Shown here piece by piece: positions 1 to 11,472 of a stretch of 64,000 nt of DNA (its first letter is position 1; every line of letters starts with the position of its first letter). The DNA lies in the NCBI GenBank assembly GCA_950097015.1, contig CATNEN010000038.1, positions 30,504,001 through 30,568,000 of the forward strand, read 5' to 3'. The DNA comes from Macrostomum hystrix (lineage: Eukaryota > Animalia > Platyhelminthes). Position numbers and translations under genes: made by a program. Below the pieces are notes generated by a model. That model searched no databases, was not told where the DNA came from, and was given only the letters and a program-made list of their open reading frames with translations.

Positions 1-345
1 AAATTTGGGGCTCTCCCTGATCATAAAATTTGGGGCTCTCCCTGATCATAAAATTTGGGGCTCTCCGAGATTATAAAATTTGGGGCTCTCTCAGATCATA
101 AATTTTGGGGCTCTCCCTGATCATAAAATTTGGGGCTCTCCCTGATCATAAAATTTGGGGCTCTCCCTGATCATAAAATTTGGGGCTCTCCGAGATTATA
201 AAATTTGGGGCTCTCCCTGATCATAAAATTTGGGGCTCTCCCTGATCATAAAATTTGGGGCTCTCCGAGATCATAAAATTTTGGGCTCTCCCGGATCATA
301 AATGTATGGCTCTCCCGGATCAAACAACTTAAGGCTCTCCCAGAT
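1..345. repeat. 25-bp minisatellite (TCATAAAATTTGGGGCTCTCCCTGA), probably in the intron upstream of the PLPP exon; truncated by the window edge
   Basis: About 12 near-identical tandem units, degenerating after ~300. Confidence 0.95.
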
Positions 346-396
346 CCTTAGTTAGAGTAGATAGAGTCAGTTTAGTATCGCATCGCAACATTGCAG

Positions 397-1255
397 CATC
401 ACGGAGCACATGCACCCGCGCTATCGAGACATTCACCCGGAGGAATGGTGGCTGTATAAGAACCATCCAAGCGACTCCTATGTACCTGGCTGGCTATTGT
501 GGCTGTCAATTCTATTCATCATTCCGCTAGGTCTCTACTGTTTGACAGCTCTCTGGCCAATCGCACCGCTGCCTAGCGTTAACGAGCCAGCCAATCGGCA
601 GTCGCCTAGTCCGGCACTGACCTGCCAGCTTGCCTATTGGCTAACTATACTATTAGCTGGCAATTTGACTAACGTTATTAAATTGATTGTTGGCCGACCG
701 AGGCCGGATTATTTCTATCGCTGCTATCCGGACGATCACGAGCATGAGCAGCAGCAGCAGCTGTTAGCCACGCCTTGTTTTGGTGAACCGGATGCCATTA
801 TTGAGGGTAGGAAATCGTTCCCATCGGGTCATTCCGCATTCTCATTCGCCAGTCTTGGCCTGGTGTCGCTTCTATTGTGGCGAAAATTTGGCGTCTGGCG
901 TTTCTCAGCTCCGTCTGTAGCCGCATGGCAACTGTTGCTAGGCAGCCTGCCACTATTCTTAGCCATGTGCGTAGCCCTCAGCCGGTTAGTAGATTATCAC
1001 CATCATTGCGAAGACGTTGCTGTTGGCTCATTTTTGGGATTTTGTGTCGCCTATTCTTGTTATCGATTGTACTATCCGGCATTGAGTCAATCGGATTGTT
1101 CCGACTCCATTGGCTCTGTCGGCCTACAGAAGTCGCCGTCAGCAATGCTAGCTATGAAAGTTTTTGGCCTAGCTTCTGCTTCTAGTAGTGGCAATGTTGC
1201 AGCTATGCAGTCGGCTAGCAATGAGGGCAGCTTGTTTCAAGTGCGATCCATGTGA
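397..1255 (+). CDS. PLPP4/5: PAP2-family phospholipid phosphatase, PLPP4/PLPP5 (PPAPDC1)-like; terminal exon, 5' exon outside the window
   Basis: Catalytic motifs KLIVGRPRPD, SFPSGHS and SRLVDYHHH. N-terminal ITEHMHPRYRDIHPEEWWLYKN resembles PLPP4/5 FTEFLDPFQRVIQPEEIWLYKN. Acceptor ttgcag ends at 396, in frame (phase 2) upstream of ATG 410. Confidence 0.9.
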
Positions 1256-2595
1256 TTGGAACCTTGGATTCGGTAGGTAAAAACTATAAAATTACATTGG
1301 CAAACAGGTAGAAACCAGCGGTGTAAACCTTGTGTTTAGTAGACACATATAACAAGTGTATAGACAGGTCAAACACAATTTTAATTATCTGCATAGAGTC
1401 AGATAGAGCATATAATAGTTGTCCAAGCATTACGCACCGCTCTCTGTGTTATTAAATCATTTTCTATTTGTTATTTTGTGTTTCCTTTTAATTCATCGAA
1501 CATATCTTATTTAATTTAAAGACTATGTTTTATCCCATTTACTTTTTAGTTTATTTAATACCTATTAGTATATTTTCGTTTTTATTTACTTTGCATTATA
1601 GGTGTTATCTAGTGAGTTTTCTGACACATTCGTTATTTTAACTCACGCGCTGTTTTATTTGATCGAAGGATGGTGATATTCTTGTTTTTATTGAGCTTCT
1701 GACATTCGTTAAAATTCTTGGGTCTTATTTTCATATATAAGTATAATATATTATTTGTCCATACGAGTAAGTTCATGTACTACTACTGTAAGTAGCAAAC
1801 TATTATCATCATTTTTAGAGGCTCGTTGTTTAAATCACATAAAAATCTCTTCTCTCGTGATTGAAAGCTGCTAAATTTTACTTGCGTTTTTTCTCTGTGT
1901 AGTCAGAGCTGTGTGTTATATATTTTACTAGATGTTTAAACATTTTTCTAACTATACAATCTACTCAATTGGGTGTTAGAATAATTTTATAGTTGAGTTG
2001 TCATTTATTGGTTTTGGCGGCTTCTCAGTCCGTGGACTCAGTTGTTGTCCATCTTTAGGAAAATATTTATTCTTTCACTGCCGTCCTTTTTGCATTGCTT
2101 TGTATGGAATATATTTATATTTTGTTGATACGCTATGCAATAATGTGCTTACTTCTTTGTTAGAAATTTCACTATAAACTTTTTAGCGTTTCTGTTTTAA
2201 CTTCAACGCAAGCGCTTTACAGACAGAAAATAAACTATATTTGGTGGCGTAAAAATAGCTTTTTGACATTATTTTACTTAATTTGTTTTTTTTTCATAAA
2301 CTTTTCTCCATAGATTATCTTTAGGTGTTTTTAAGTAGTGTCGAGATCAATGTATAAGCAGATAAATAATTATAAAACCTGCTTAGTTAACTTTTTGTAT
2401 TTTAAAATTAAATATTACTGTTAGTAGGATAGATTTATCAAATCTGGTACATATTTAGCTATATGTTTTAAAACGAAATCTAGATTCATGTTTCAGAAAG
2501 CTCATTAAGAACAAAAAAATTTGTTTATCTCAAAACAGTCTTTATCAAAAAATATGTTACAGTCTTATCAAATTCACAAAGCTCAGTTTTTTATT

Positions 2596-5565
2596 TCACG
2601 GAAAATCCGTGACGATTCGAACATTGGTTTGCAGTTGAACTCGCTGTAGTGTGACTGTTCCAATACTGGTTCTGCGCGACTCTTGCTGCTGCTGCTGCTG
2701 CTTTTCGGCATCTTTGGCATCGACAACTGAGCGCAAGAAGTCTGTGTACGGCAGCAGGAATGCGCCCTCTCCTCCAGTGTTCAATTTGAGCACCCGGTCG
2801 ATGAAGGTCTCAAATTCTTGATAAAGTCTAATTAGTTCTTCCTCGGCTGCGGCTCGCTTCTGTCTTGTATCGGCGTGAGCCAATTCCGATGCTTCAATTT
2901 CGGCTAGTAGTTCGGCCTCTCTAGCGTCGGCTTCTTTGCTTTGCTGGTCTAATTTGCGCCGCATTTCCTCTTGCAGATCCTGTTGTAAATCCAAAATCAA
3001 TTGATTGTTCAAAGATGGATTGAAATTGCACATCAGTTAAGCTAGATACAGCAAGTGTCAACAGACGCAGCCATCCATTGTTCAGTCTGTAGACTGAAAG
3101 TCTGATACACCGATTCAAATTCCTACTCCAGCTCATGCTGGTACCCTATTAAAAGCTGGGTAAACTGAAACTGGGAATCAAGTGTCTTGCTCAACTTTTC
3201 AGTCATAAGTTTTAAGTTCTAACTACTGTGCTACCAACTTCCTTTTGTTAAAAAAGATACTTAACTCAGTTGGTCTAGACGCACTGCCAGTGGCACAGCC
3301 GCAGCTATTGCTGACTGCGTACAACAATTCAGTCCATGGACTGGAGCGGTGGCCACACACACCCAAATTTCTACCCAGCTACCGACTGCTCATCTGGGTT
3401 TAGTAAAGTACCAGGAGAGTTAAGCGCCCTGCTCAATAATGAATTGCTTCCCATCGACTGAAGTATGCTACCTTTTTGAAAGGAAGATCGTATATTCAGG
3501 GGTTTTGGTAATCAGCTTGATTTATTTGCCTTATATCCTGGTGCTTCCCTTAGTTTCCTATTCCAAATTAAAAAAATAAATCTAGAAAAATGCATTTGAT
3601 CAATTTTTTCTGTGCCGGAGCTGCAGTTTTTATTGGATGTGGTACAGAACAGGGTCAAGCTGCGAAAAGAAATTCTCCATGTGTCAATTTTCTAAGCCTT
3701 CTAGGTCCATTTAACAGTCCTGGTTTTTTGCCAGCCGTTTCAGCTTGTTGAGAGGGCGTTTTTATTTTGTTTTATCTGTTAATTTCAAAATACTCCAATG
3801 TGCTGCTAAAATTGTATTCTTCTCATAAATTTACTATGTCCTACTATATCGTCCTCTCGTGTGACTCAAAAGATTAGGATTTGCATGACGGGGCCCTATC
3901 GATGAGTTTAATTGATAAATATTTTCTGCATGTTTATTCTGATCAATCATTTCTAAATTACAGATGTGATACTGCCAAATGGAAAAAGTTTCAGTTAAAG
4001 GTGTTCCTTTTTAAAGTCGTAACGATTGAATTGAAGCGATCAACCAAAGCTCATAAGAACAAACTAGGATTTTGTACTACGAAAGTATCTTGTTCTTAGA
4101 TACGAGTTCATATTGGTAAAGGGAAGATTGTCATCCAGAGGTTATGGCTAACGAAGATCCAGTCTTTGTTCAGGAGAAAATTTGGTGGCTAAAAGTACAA
4201 CGTGTACAAATGTGTGCCACCCAGTTTTCAAATTGGTATCAGCACTAGTAGAAAGTAGTAAGGTGGTAGCTGTATCACAGCCTCCCTAGTCTGTGGACTG
4301 AACATCTGAGCACAGCGTTCGGATGCGCCGCGCAATAGCTGGCTAGCTGTATATCTAGCCTAACTGGTCTAGGTCTCATTTCTGTCCGGTAGAAAATAAT
4401 CCGCTTTGATCGACTTGCTCATTTTAGCTGCTGGTACAGAGGCTGTACAAAAATGCACTTGCTTTGTACTATTCCTTACCTCACGAATGCGCCTCTCTTC
4501 GTCTCGAGCTTTGAGCAGTTCTCGCACTAGCTCGGCATTCTTCTCAGCTTCGAGCTTCTCGAGGGCGGCCTCCCTGGCTCGCTTCTCCTCCGCTCTCAGC
4601 TCGATTATTTGTTTCTTATGCTGCTCTATTAGTCGCTGCTTCTCTCTGGCGGCAATGGCTCGCTCTTGATCGCGCGCCTCATTAACCTGTCGTTCAGCCT
4701 CCGCCGTCCACCAGGCGTTTAGTTCGTCTTCCTTCTCTTTTAGTCGTCGTTTGCCGTCTTCGCGCTCCTTTTCAACAGCCTCGATGAGATCTTTTCGCAT
4801 GGCTGTCTCAGTTTCTAGGATCTTCTCTTGAACCACGCGCTCGTGCTCTTGGCGCAGTCTGGCCATTTTAAACTCGTGCTGCATTGCCAGCTGTTTCTCT
4901 AAGTCGGCCAAGCGTTTCTCTGCAGCGCGTTGCATTTCTTGACGAACGCGTGACTCCCGCTCTTTGACCGCCTGATCCTGCTGAGATCGAGCCTCCTCAG
5001 AGAGACGATGATGCACGTCGTGACCAACCTCTGATGGTTGAAAGGAAGGACAGGTTGTGTCATCAGTTTGAGAACCAAATTGGCTTAGGCTGCAACTGTT
5101 TGAACTGAAGCATAAGCCGCCCCTGTTGGGAGGCATTTCTGTCCATTCTACTGACCCAAGAGCACACATACACGTACACGGATCCGAACACATGCACACT
5201 TTACTCCTAATTGTCAGGCAGTGTACACTCTTATCGTCATAAATTGCACTTGTTGCCAACAAGTCTTCTTAGCGGCCGTGCCACAAATATTAGCAGTTTG
5301 TCTCTTCCTAATCCGTTTTTATTAGTTTGAGCATTGTCACCTGATACTCACTAAGAATCCGGTGATGCGTACAATCCTGCACTACAAACTGTCGGGTCTC
5401 CTCGTAACGGCGAATTGGCGCCGCCATCGCGTCTCCTTGCAGTCCATTGTAGTCTATGCTGATTAGACTCGGCTTCGAGGAAGTTGACGCCAGCCTCTCG
5501 CTGGCTAGCTCTGGCAGACGAATCGCTGCCGGTGCGGAATAGATGCCAATTGTCTTGGTTGTCAT
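2596..5565 (-). CDS. C6orf163: C6orf163-like coiled-coil protein; exons 5565-5352, 5030-4480, 2979-2596
   Basis: Phase-consistent junctions (A|gtgagt..cag|AG; GAG|gtaagg..cag|GAT). THHRILKVG and EELIRLYQEFETFID...GAFLLP resemble C6orf163 THKDILDIG and EELQETRMAFQKYIN...ADFILP. E/K/R-rich coiled coil. Confidence 0.75.
3050..3440 (-). mobile_element. Two degenerate copies of SINE family A (CORE-like body) in intron 2 of the C6orf163-like gene
   Basis: Share CAGTC(C/T)(A/G)T(G/A)GAC and TTGAGCA(A/G)G..CTT motifs with the element at 6250-6577; the 3050-3235 copy also has GGTACCAG. Confidence 0.6.
4205..4350 (+). mobile_element. SINE family A body fragment
   Basis: cacccagttttcaaattggtatcagc...ctagtctgtggactgaac...cacagcgttcggatgc aligns with the reverse complement of 6330-6460. 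Confidence 0.55.
5140..5235 (-). mobile_element. SINE family B body fragment
   Basis: ctaattgtcaggcagtgtacactctta matches 37853-37880 and the reverse complement of ~51685-51710. Confidence 0.45.
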
Positions 5566-6249
5566 GCTGCAGTTTGTTATTGACTATGTCGAATGCCGTT
5601 ATTAAAACGGACCAATTTCGTCTACTTGCTTTTAATGGTCTCTTTACAGGGCTTTGTTTTCATCGGTTGTCTACTTTAATCTCGTAGCTCTGGCCCCTTC
5701 TAGCTCTCTCTCTCTCTCTCTGGTTGTCAAGCGAGAGCAGAAGCCAGGCTCGCGTATTTTTTTGTTAAAAAATGTTAATTTTACCTAAACAGCCTGTACA
5801 GAGTGAAGCGCTGCCTAATGCGTCGGGTGTAGGCCATTTTTTCAGTCCCTACGCAGCCTCTCTTTGCCTTCTGCATTTGGTTAGAAAATTTTTAGTTAAT
5901 TTATAGACCAAAAAGGCAGACGGAAAACATTGTTAAGAAAGAAATGTACACACACACACATAACAATAGACCATTGCCTATGCATAAAGCAAGTTAAGCA
6001 TTAGCACTCCTTAACTTCTCTAACGAGTGTTGGACTCTTGTGAGTTAATGAAGACAGCTTTCTCTTTAGTTAAATGAACTCCTTCAATACCTCCATTTTT
6101 AATTTCCTATCATGCTTTACATAGTTGGACAGAAGCTTTTTTGAGCTAAAAAATTTCCGTAGTTACTGCCCCTTGTTGCACTGTTCTTTTTTATTAAGTC
6201 TATGGCAAACATAAAATATCCAGAGAATATCTATGGTCTATGGTACTAT

Positions 6250-6577
6250 AAGTTGGGGAAGCAGTCCAACGCGTTAGCATCTCGCACCAAGGTCCCTGAG
6301 CTCGGGTCCAATCGGGCCAGATGTGCAACCCACAGCAGCCATTGTGGATGCATCTGAAGGCTGTGTAAAGCTGTTCTGTCCATGGACTGGGAGGGCGCCA
6401 CACCTAACCCTCAATTACTCTAGCTAATACTGGTACATATTAAACACCTAAGTGAACCGAATTAAGGCAGATTTATCCTGTCTTGCTAAAGGCAAAAATT
6501 GTTCTGGTCGGGTCGGGAATCGAACCTCCGACCTTCAAGTCGTGAGTCCGACGCTCTAACCACTATGCTACAACCCA
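6250..6577 (-). mobile_element. tRNA-derived SINE (family A): tRNA-like head 6577-6505, CORE-like body, and a second tRNA-like head in the opposite orientation at ~6255-6320
   Basis: A box TAGCATAGTGG and B box GGTTCGATTCC on the - strand with a CAC anticodon-like loop but poorly pairing stems; body repeated at 3050-3440 and 4205-4350. Confidence 0.7.
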
Positions 6578-6676
6578 TTTTACTTGGTTTTTAACTTTTA
6601 ATGACAACACCCAACAACCAACTATGAATTTTAATTATTTTTTTCAGCTAATAAAATCACAGACCTGTTTATCACA

Positions 6677-7549
6677 ATGGCCGCCCTATTTCGCCAGTTG
6701 TTTACACTGGCTGTATCGGATCGCTGCTACACCACAATGTTCCAATCGGGCCACCTATTGGATGCCACTTGCCTGAAACTAATAGTAACTAAGGGCCTCG
6801 GCTATGGCATTATTCTGGGCAGCGTCATTGTTAAACTGCCACAGATTATAAAAATCTTGACTAGCCGTTCTAGCCAAGGCTTATCATTCGCCGCTAATCT
6901 ACTAGAATTAGTTGCCATTTCGGCTACGGCTTCCTACGGTTGGCGTCAGGGCTTTCCATTTAGCGCCTACGGTGAAGGCCTATTTTTGGCCTTTCAAACT
7001 AGCCTAATAGCATTCCTGACACTGTTTTACAGCGGTCAGATTGCCAAAGGCTGGGCCTTCCTCAGCATCTACGCCCTAATTATGGCATTCTTCATGTCGC
7101 CAAGTGCTCCATTCGCTTTGCTTCAACTGATGCAGACTGTTAGCGTACCGCTGACTGCGTCTGGCAAGCTCTGGCAAGCCTGGTGTAACTATGGCAACGC
7201 CAGTACTGGCCAATTGTCACTCATCACCTGCCTGCTATTGTTTCTAGGCAGTGTGGCCAGAATTTTTACTTCTATTCAGGAGACTGGCGATCAGCTGATC
7301 ATTGTGATGTACATTGTGTCAACTCTGTGCAATGGAGTCATCCTTTGCCAGATCTTCTATTACTGGAATGCGGATCGGCGCCGTCAAGCCCCTGCTGCTG
7401 CTGCGGCTGCTTCTCGTGCTGCTGCTCCTGCTGCTGCTCCAGCTGCTACTCGTGCTGCTGCTCCTACTGCTTCTCCTGCTGCTTCTCCTGCTGCTGCTCG
7501 TAATGCTTCTCCTGCTGCTGCTGGCAAAAACAGAAAGAAGATTAATTAA
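6677..7549 (+). CDS. MPDU1: Mannose-P-dolichol utilization defect 1 (PQ-loop protein), single-exon CDS
   Basis: KGLGYGIILGSVIVKLPQIIKI, GFPFSAYGE, STGQLS and ARIFTSIQETGD motifs; C-terminal KKxx (KKIN) ER-retrieval signal; upstream acceptor ttttcag ends at 6647. Confidence 0.95.
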   Translation: MAALFRQLFTLAVSDRCYTTMFQSGHLLDATCLKLIVTKGLGYGIILGSVIVKLPQIIKILTSRSSQGLSFAANLLELVAISATASYGWRQGFPFSAYGEGLFLAFQTSLIAFLTLFYSGQIAKGWAFLSIYALIMAFFMSPSAPFALLQLMQTVSVPLTASGKLWQAWCNYGNASTGQLSLITCLLLFLGSVARIFTSIQETGDQLIIVMYIVSTLCNGVILCQIFYYWNADRRRQAPAAAAAASRAAAPAAAPAATRAAAPTASPAASPAAARNASPAAAGKNRKKIN

Positions 7550-8564
7550 ATTCCAGTCATCATTCAATGAGACTTTTCAAGTCCGGCTTTTTTTTAACTT
7601 GACTGTCTAGCAAAATGCGAAAACTATAGTTGTTTAGATAGATAAAATTTTTTGAAAGTCGATTAATAATATCTGTTTTTTTTCTTCTCCTGCGTGTGTG
7701 TTTCTTTTTTTACTAGGTTACGGATTATATTACCATTTTGTTACGAGAAATTAATATTATTCTATACATATAGGCTAGTTCTTCTTTGTATAACCAGTTA
7801 AATGCTTCTAATAAGTATTAATGAATTAAAACCATTCGAATCCTACACCTACTAAAGCTATTGTTTTTTTTCAATACATATCGGCTACTTAAAAAACTTC
7901 GCCTACCAAACTGTCTAACTGTTTTTTAGCGTAAAAGCTTGGAGTGTCAAAATATCTAGATCGCTTTAACAAAATTGTTTTCTACACATATAGGCTAGCA
8001 GTGAATAATTATCGAAACAATGCGAAAACTCTTCTTAATTGTTTGAAATTCATTGGCCAATTTCTATATTCTTTGTTCTTTCCCCAGTGCGCAATATTGG
8101 TATAACTGTCTTTTCCTACAGTCTTGTTGGCTTGTGGTCGTGCTCATTTGTTTTACCGATGTCTTAAAGTCAAATAGTATATAGTCCGAAATTCATTCTT
8201 ATAGTACTAGTAGTTCTTAAATGGTTATTTATTCTACAGCAATGTCTCTGTATTTCTAATTGATTATTTAAAAACCAAAGTCACTCCTACTAACTTTTTG
8301 CTTTTCACATTCATTTGGCGCTCTGTCGATACAAAACAATGTCTAACCATAATGCACTAAAACAACATATACTTAGCAATAAAGTATTGAAAAACACACT
8401 TGGTGCCAACTTCTTAGCAATTTCTGTTTAGCACTACTTGGTCTCTATTGGTTAAAGAAGACAAAAAATTGCTGTGTTTTTTTATTCGCTTTCTTGATTG
8501 TTTCTAAGAAAATGCGTTAAAGATTTCAGTATACTGAACCCAAATCCTTAATATTTTATCAGAT

Positions 8565-9420
8565 TCTAAATCCAATCTGTCACACTGGCTAATAGAATTA
8601 AATCTCAATCCAAATCCTAAAATTCCTAAACCCCATCCCGAATCCTAAATCGGATCCTCAAAACTTAAATCACATCGCTAAATCATAAATCCCAATGCCA
8701 AATCATAAATTTCGCAGCCAAATCCTAAATCTAGTTGCCAAATCTTGAATCCCATTGCCAAATCCTAATCCCATTGCCAAATCTTAATCCCATCGCGAAA
8801 TCCTAAATCCCATCGCCAAAATTTAAATCCCATAGCCTAATCCTGTGATATTGGATTTGTATCCCGTGCCCAAATCCTAAATCCCATAGCCTAATCCTGT
8901 GATTTTGGATTTGTATCCCGTGCCCAAATCCTAAATCCCATAGCCTAATCCTGTGATTTTGGATTTGTATCCCGTGGCCAAATCCTAAATCCCATAGCCT
9001 AATCCTGTGATTTTGGATTTGTATCCCGTGGCCAAATCCGAAATCCCATAGCCTAATCCTGTGATTTTGGATTTGAATCCCGTGGCCAAATCCTAAATCC
9101 CATAGCCTAATCCTGTGATTTTGGATTTGAATCCCGTGGCCAAATCCTAAATCCCATAGCCTAATCCTGTGATATTGGATTTGTATCCCGTGCCCAAATC
9201 CTAAATCCCATTGCCTAATCCTGTGATATTGGATTTGTATCCCGTGGCCAAATCCTAAATCCCATAGCCTAATCCTGTGATATTGGATTTGTATCCCGTG
9301 CCCAAATCCTAAATCCCATAGCCTAATCCTGTGATATTAGATTTGTATCCCGTGCCCAAATCCTAAATCCCATAGCCTAATCCTGTGATTTTGGATTTGT
9401 ATCCCGTGGCCAAATCCGAT
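8565..9420. repeat. 54-bp minisatellite (~11 units, ~8830-9417) preceded by degenerate AAATCC-rich short units
   Basis: Unit AATCCTGTGATTTTGGATTTGTATCCCGTGGCCAAATCCTAAATCCCATAGCCT. Confidence 0.95.
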
Positions 9421-9542
9421 ATCGTATAGCCAATTCCCCAACCGACTGGAGTTTATACGTGAATTGCTGGTCCCCAAAAGCGAATTCCCGAATCGGCTGC
9501 AGACTCAAAGCCCCACACGCTGACGCCCATTAAAAATCGCAG

Positions 9543-11472
9543 GCCATCGCGGACTCAGCAGCCAGGTTTCCCAGCCTCGGCCTGGCCCAGTCGGTGTCGG
9601 CCAGCCAGTCCGGAGGTCGCGATCATTCGTTCGTCATCCAGCTGGCCTCGCAGCCTGCTAGACTGCAGCCGTTGAGCCGACTAGCCGTCTGCTGTCCCAG
9701 CAACCGAGTCCTACTATTCGACAGGTCCAACCTGCGCCCGATTGGCGGCGGCGCTGATAGTTTCTTAGAAAGCGGTCACACCAGCCAGGTGTCCGATTGC
9801 CGATTCTCCAACTCGGCCTGGTACGAATTGCTCACCTGCGGCAGCCGATGGGACGATCAAATATTATTGTGGGATTTGCGAGTTAATAATCCGCATTCAT
9901 CGTCGGCCTTATCTACTAGATTCTCCAGTGATTCTGGTGACTCACTGGCCACGGCTGATGTCAGCTGCGACGGCGTGCTGCTGTGCGGCGGCTCCGAGAT
10001 TGAATCCGTACATCAGGATGCCAGGATTCTCTTTTGGGACAGGTGCTTTAGCATTTTTAAGCATCGTTTTTATACACTGCTTTCACTCATTCATATCTAC
10101 ACTCTCGCCATTCCTATCAACACTCCCCATTCATATCTGCACTCTCGCCATTCATATCAAGAACCACACTATTCATATCAACTCTCTCGCCATTCATTTC
10201 TTCACTCTCGCCATCCATATCTACACTCTCGAAATTCCTATCTACTCTCTCGCCTTCGCCATTCGTATTTACACACTCCCCATTCACACTGCACTCTCGC
10301 CATTCCTATCAACACTCCCCATTCATGTCTGCACTCTCTCCATTCCTATCTGCACTCGCCATTTATATCTAGACCCACACTATTCATATCTATACTCTCG
10401 CCATTCGTATTTACACTCTCGGCATTCCTATCTGCACTCTCGCCATTCCTATCAACACTCCCCATTCATATCTGCACTCTCTCGCCATTCATTTCTTCAC
10501 TCTCGTCATCCATATACACACTCTCGCCATTCCTATCTACACTCTCGCCATTCCTATCTACACTCTCGCCATTCATTTCTTCACTCTCGTCATCCATATA
10601 CACACTCTCGCCATTCCTATCTACACTCTCGCCATTCCTATCTACACCCTCGCTTCGCCATTCATATCTAGGCTCGCGTCATTGAAGTCCACTCTCGCCA
10701 TTCATATCTAGGCTCTAGTCATTCATACATCGCTCTCTCCATTCGCCCACACCGCAGGCGCTATCCCACAGCCCCTCTAGGCTGCTACAGCGAGTCGCAT
10801 CAGGACTCCCTGGCAACAGTTCGCTTCCATCCAACCCAGTCTCGCCGTCTGCTCACAGCTGGCCTAGACGGCCTAGTCTGCGCCTTTGATCTGACCGCCG
10901 AATGCGAAGACGACGCCCTATTGTTCACCTACAATGCCAACTGCGGCATTCGCTGCGCCGATTGGATCTCAACTGATGAGTCCGGGGATCGAACCAACGC
11001 CGCCTACGCCCTAACAGGCCAGGAGGGCTACGCTCTGTTCCTAGCGGAAGAGCTAGGCGACACTCTGCTAGAATTTGACCTGCTGCCAAAGTCTAACGCT
11101 AATGTTAAAACTGAACAACTGGTGGAGAGCGAAGAGCTGCTGACTTCACCTGTGGCTGATTACATTGTGGGACCGTTGACTAGCCGGCATCTACTTGTTG
11201 GCAGGCACAGCGGCCGTCTATCAGTTCTGTCCCTATCGGATCGCACGGCGCCTAAGCCGCTAACTGAGGTCAAAGTTGGTCACGCCGATACGGTTCGCTG
11301 TTGTCACTGGGATTCTGCCACGGCGTCCTTGGTTACCGGCTCGGAGGACGGCATGATCTGTCTATGGCGCGAGTTAGACGATGCTGAGCTCAAATTTGAG
11401 CACAAATTCAATTTGACCAAAGGACAGAAAAAGAAAAATAATATAAAAATTAAGAGAGAGCCACGTGACTGA
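9543..11472 (+). CDS. WDR89: WD repeat protein 89; exons 9543-10042 and 10758-11472; no genomic ATG found
   Basis: DARILFWDR|RYPTAPLGCYSESHQDSLATVRFHP...LTAGLDGLVCAFDL...EDDAL and GHADTVRCCHWD...LVTGSEDG resemble WDR89 (LGAYSETHSDDVTQVRFHP; GHAATVRSFCW). Phase-2 intron AG|gtgctt..ccgcag|G. Confidence 0.9.
10070..10740. repeat. ~21-bp pyrimidine-rich minisatellite (CACTCTCGCCATTCCTATCTA) filling the WDR89 intron
   Basis: Degenerate tandem units between the donor at 10043 and the acceptor at 10757. Confidence 0.9.

Noticed and set aside
6505-6577. tRNA-Val(CAC) gene
   Set aside because: A and B boxes are present but the acceptor, anticodon and T stems pair poorly, and it continues into a dispersed repeat body, so it is a SINE head
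397-7549. Functional cluster of lipid/dolichol-phosphate genes (PLPP and MPDU1)
   Set aside because: Separated by an opposite-strand gene; no sequence evidence of co-regulation
8830-9420. CRISPR-like arrays (here and at other repeats)
   Set aside because: Head-to-tail units with no unique spacers, no cas genes, eukaryotic context
10043-10685. His/Ser-rich C-terminal extension of the 9594 ORF
   Set aside because: Read-through into the repeat-filled WDR89 intron; homology resumes at 10758
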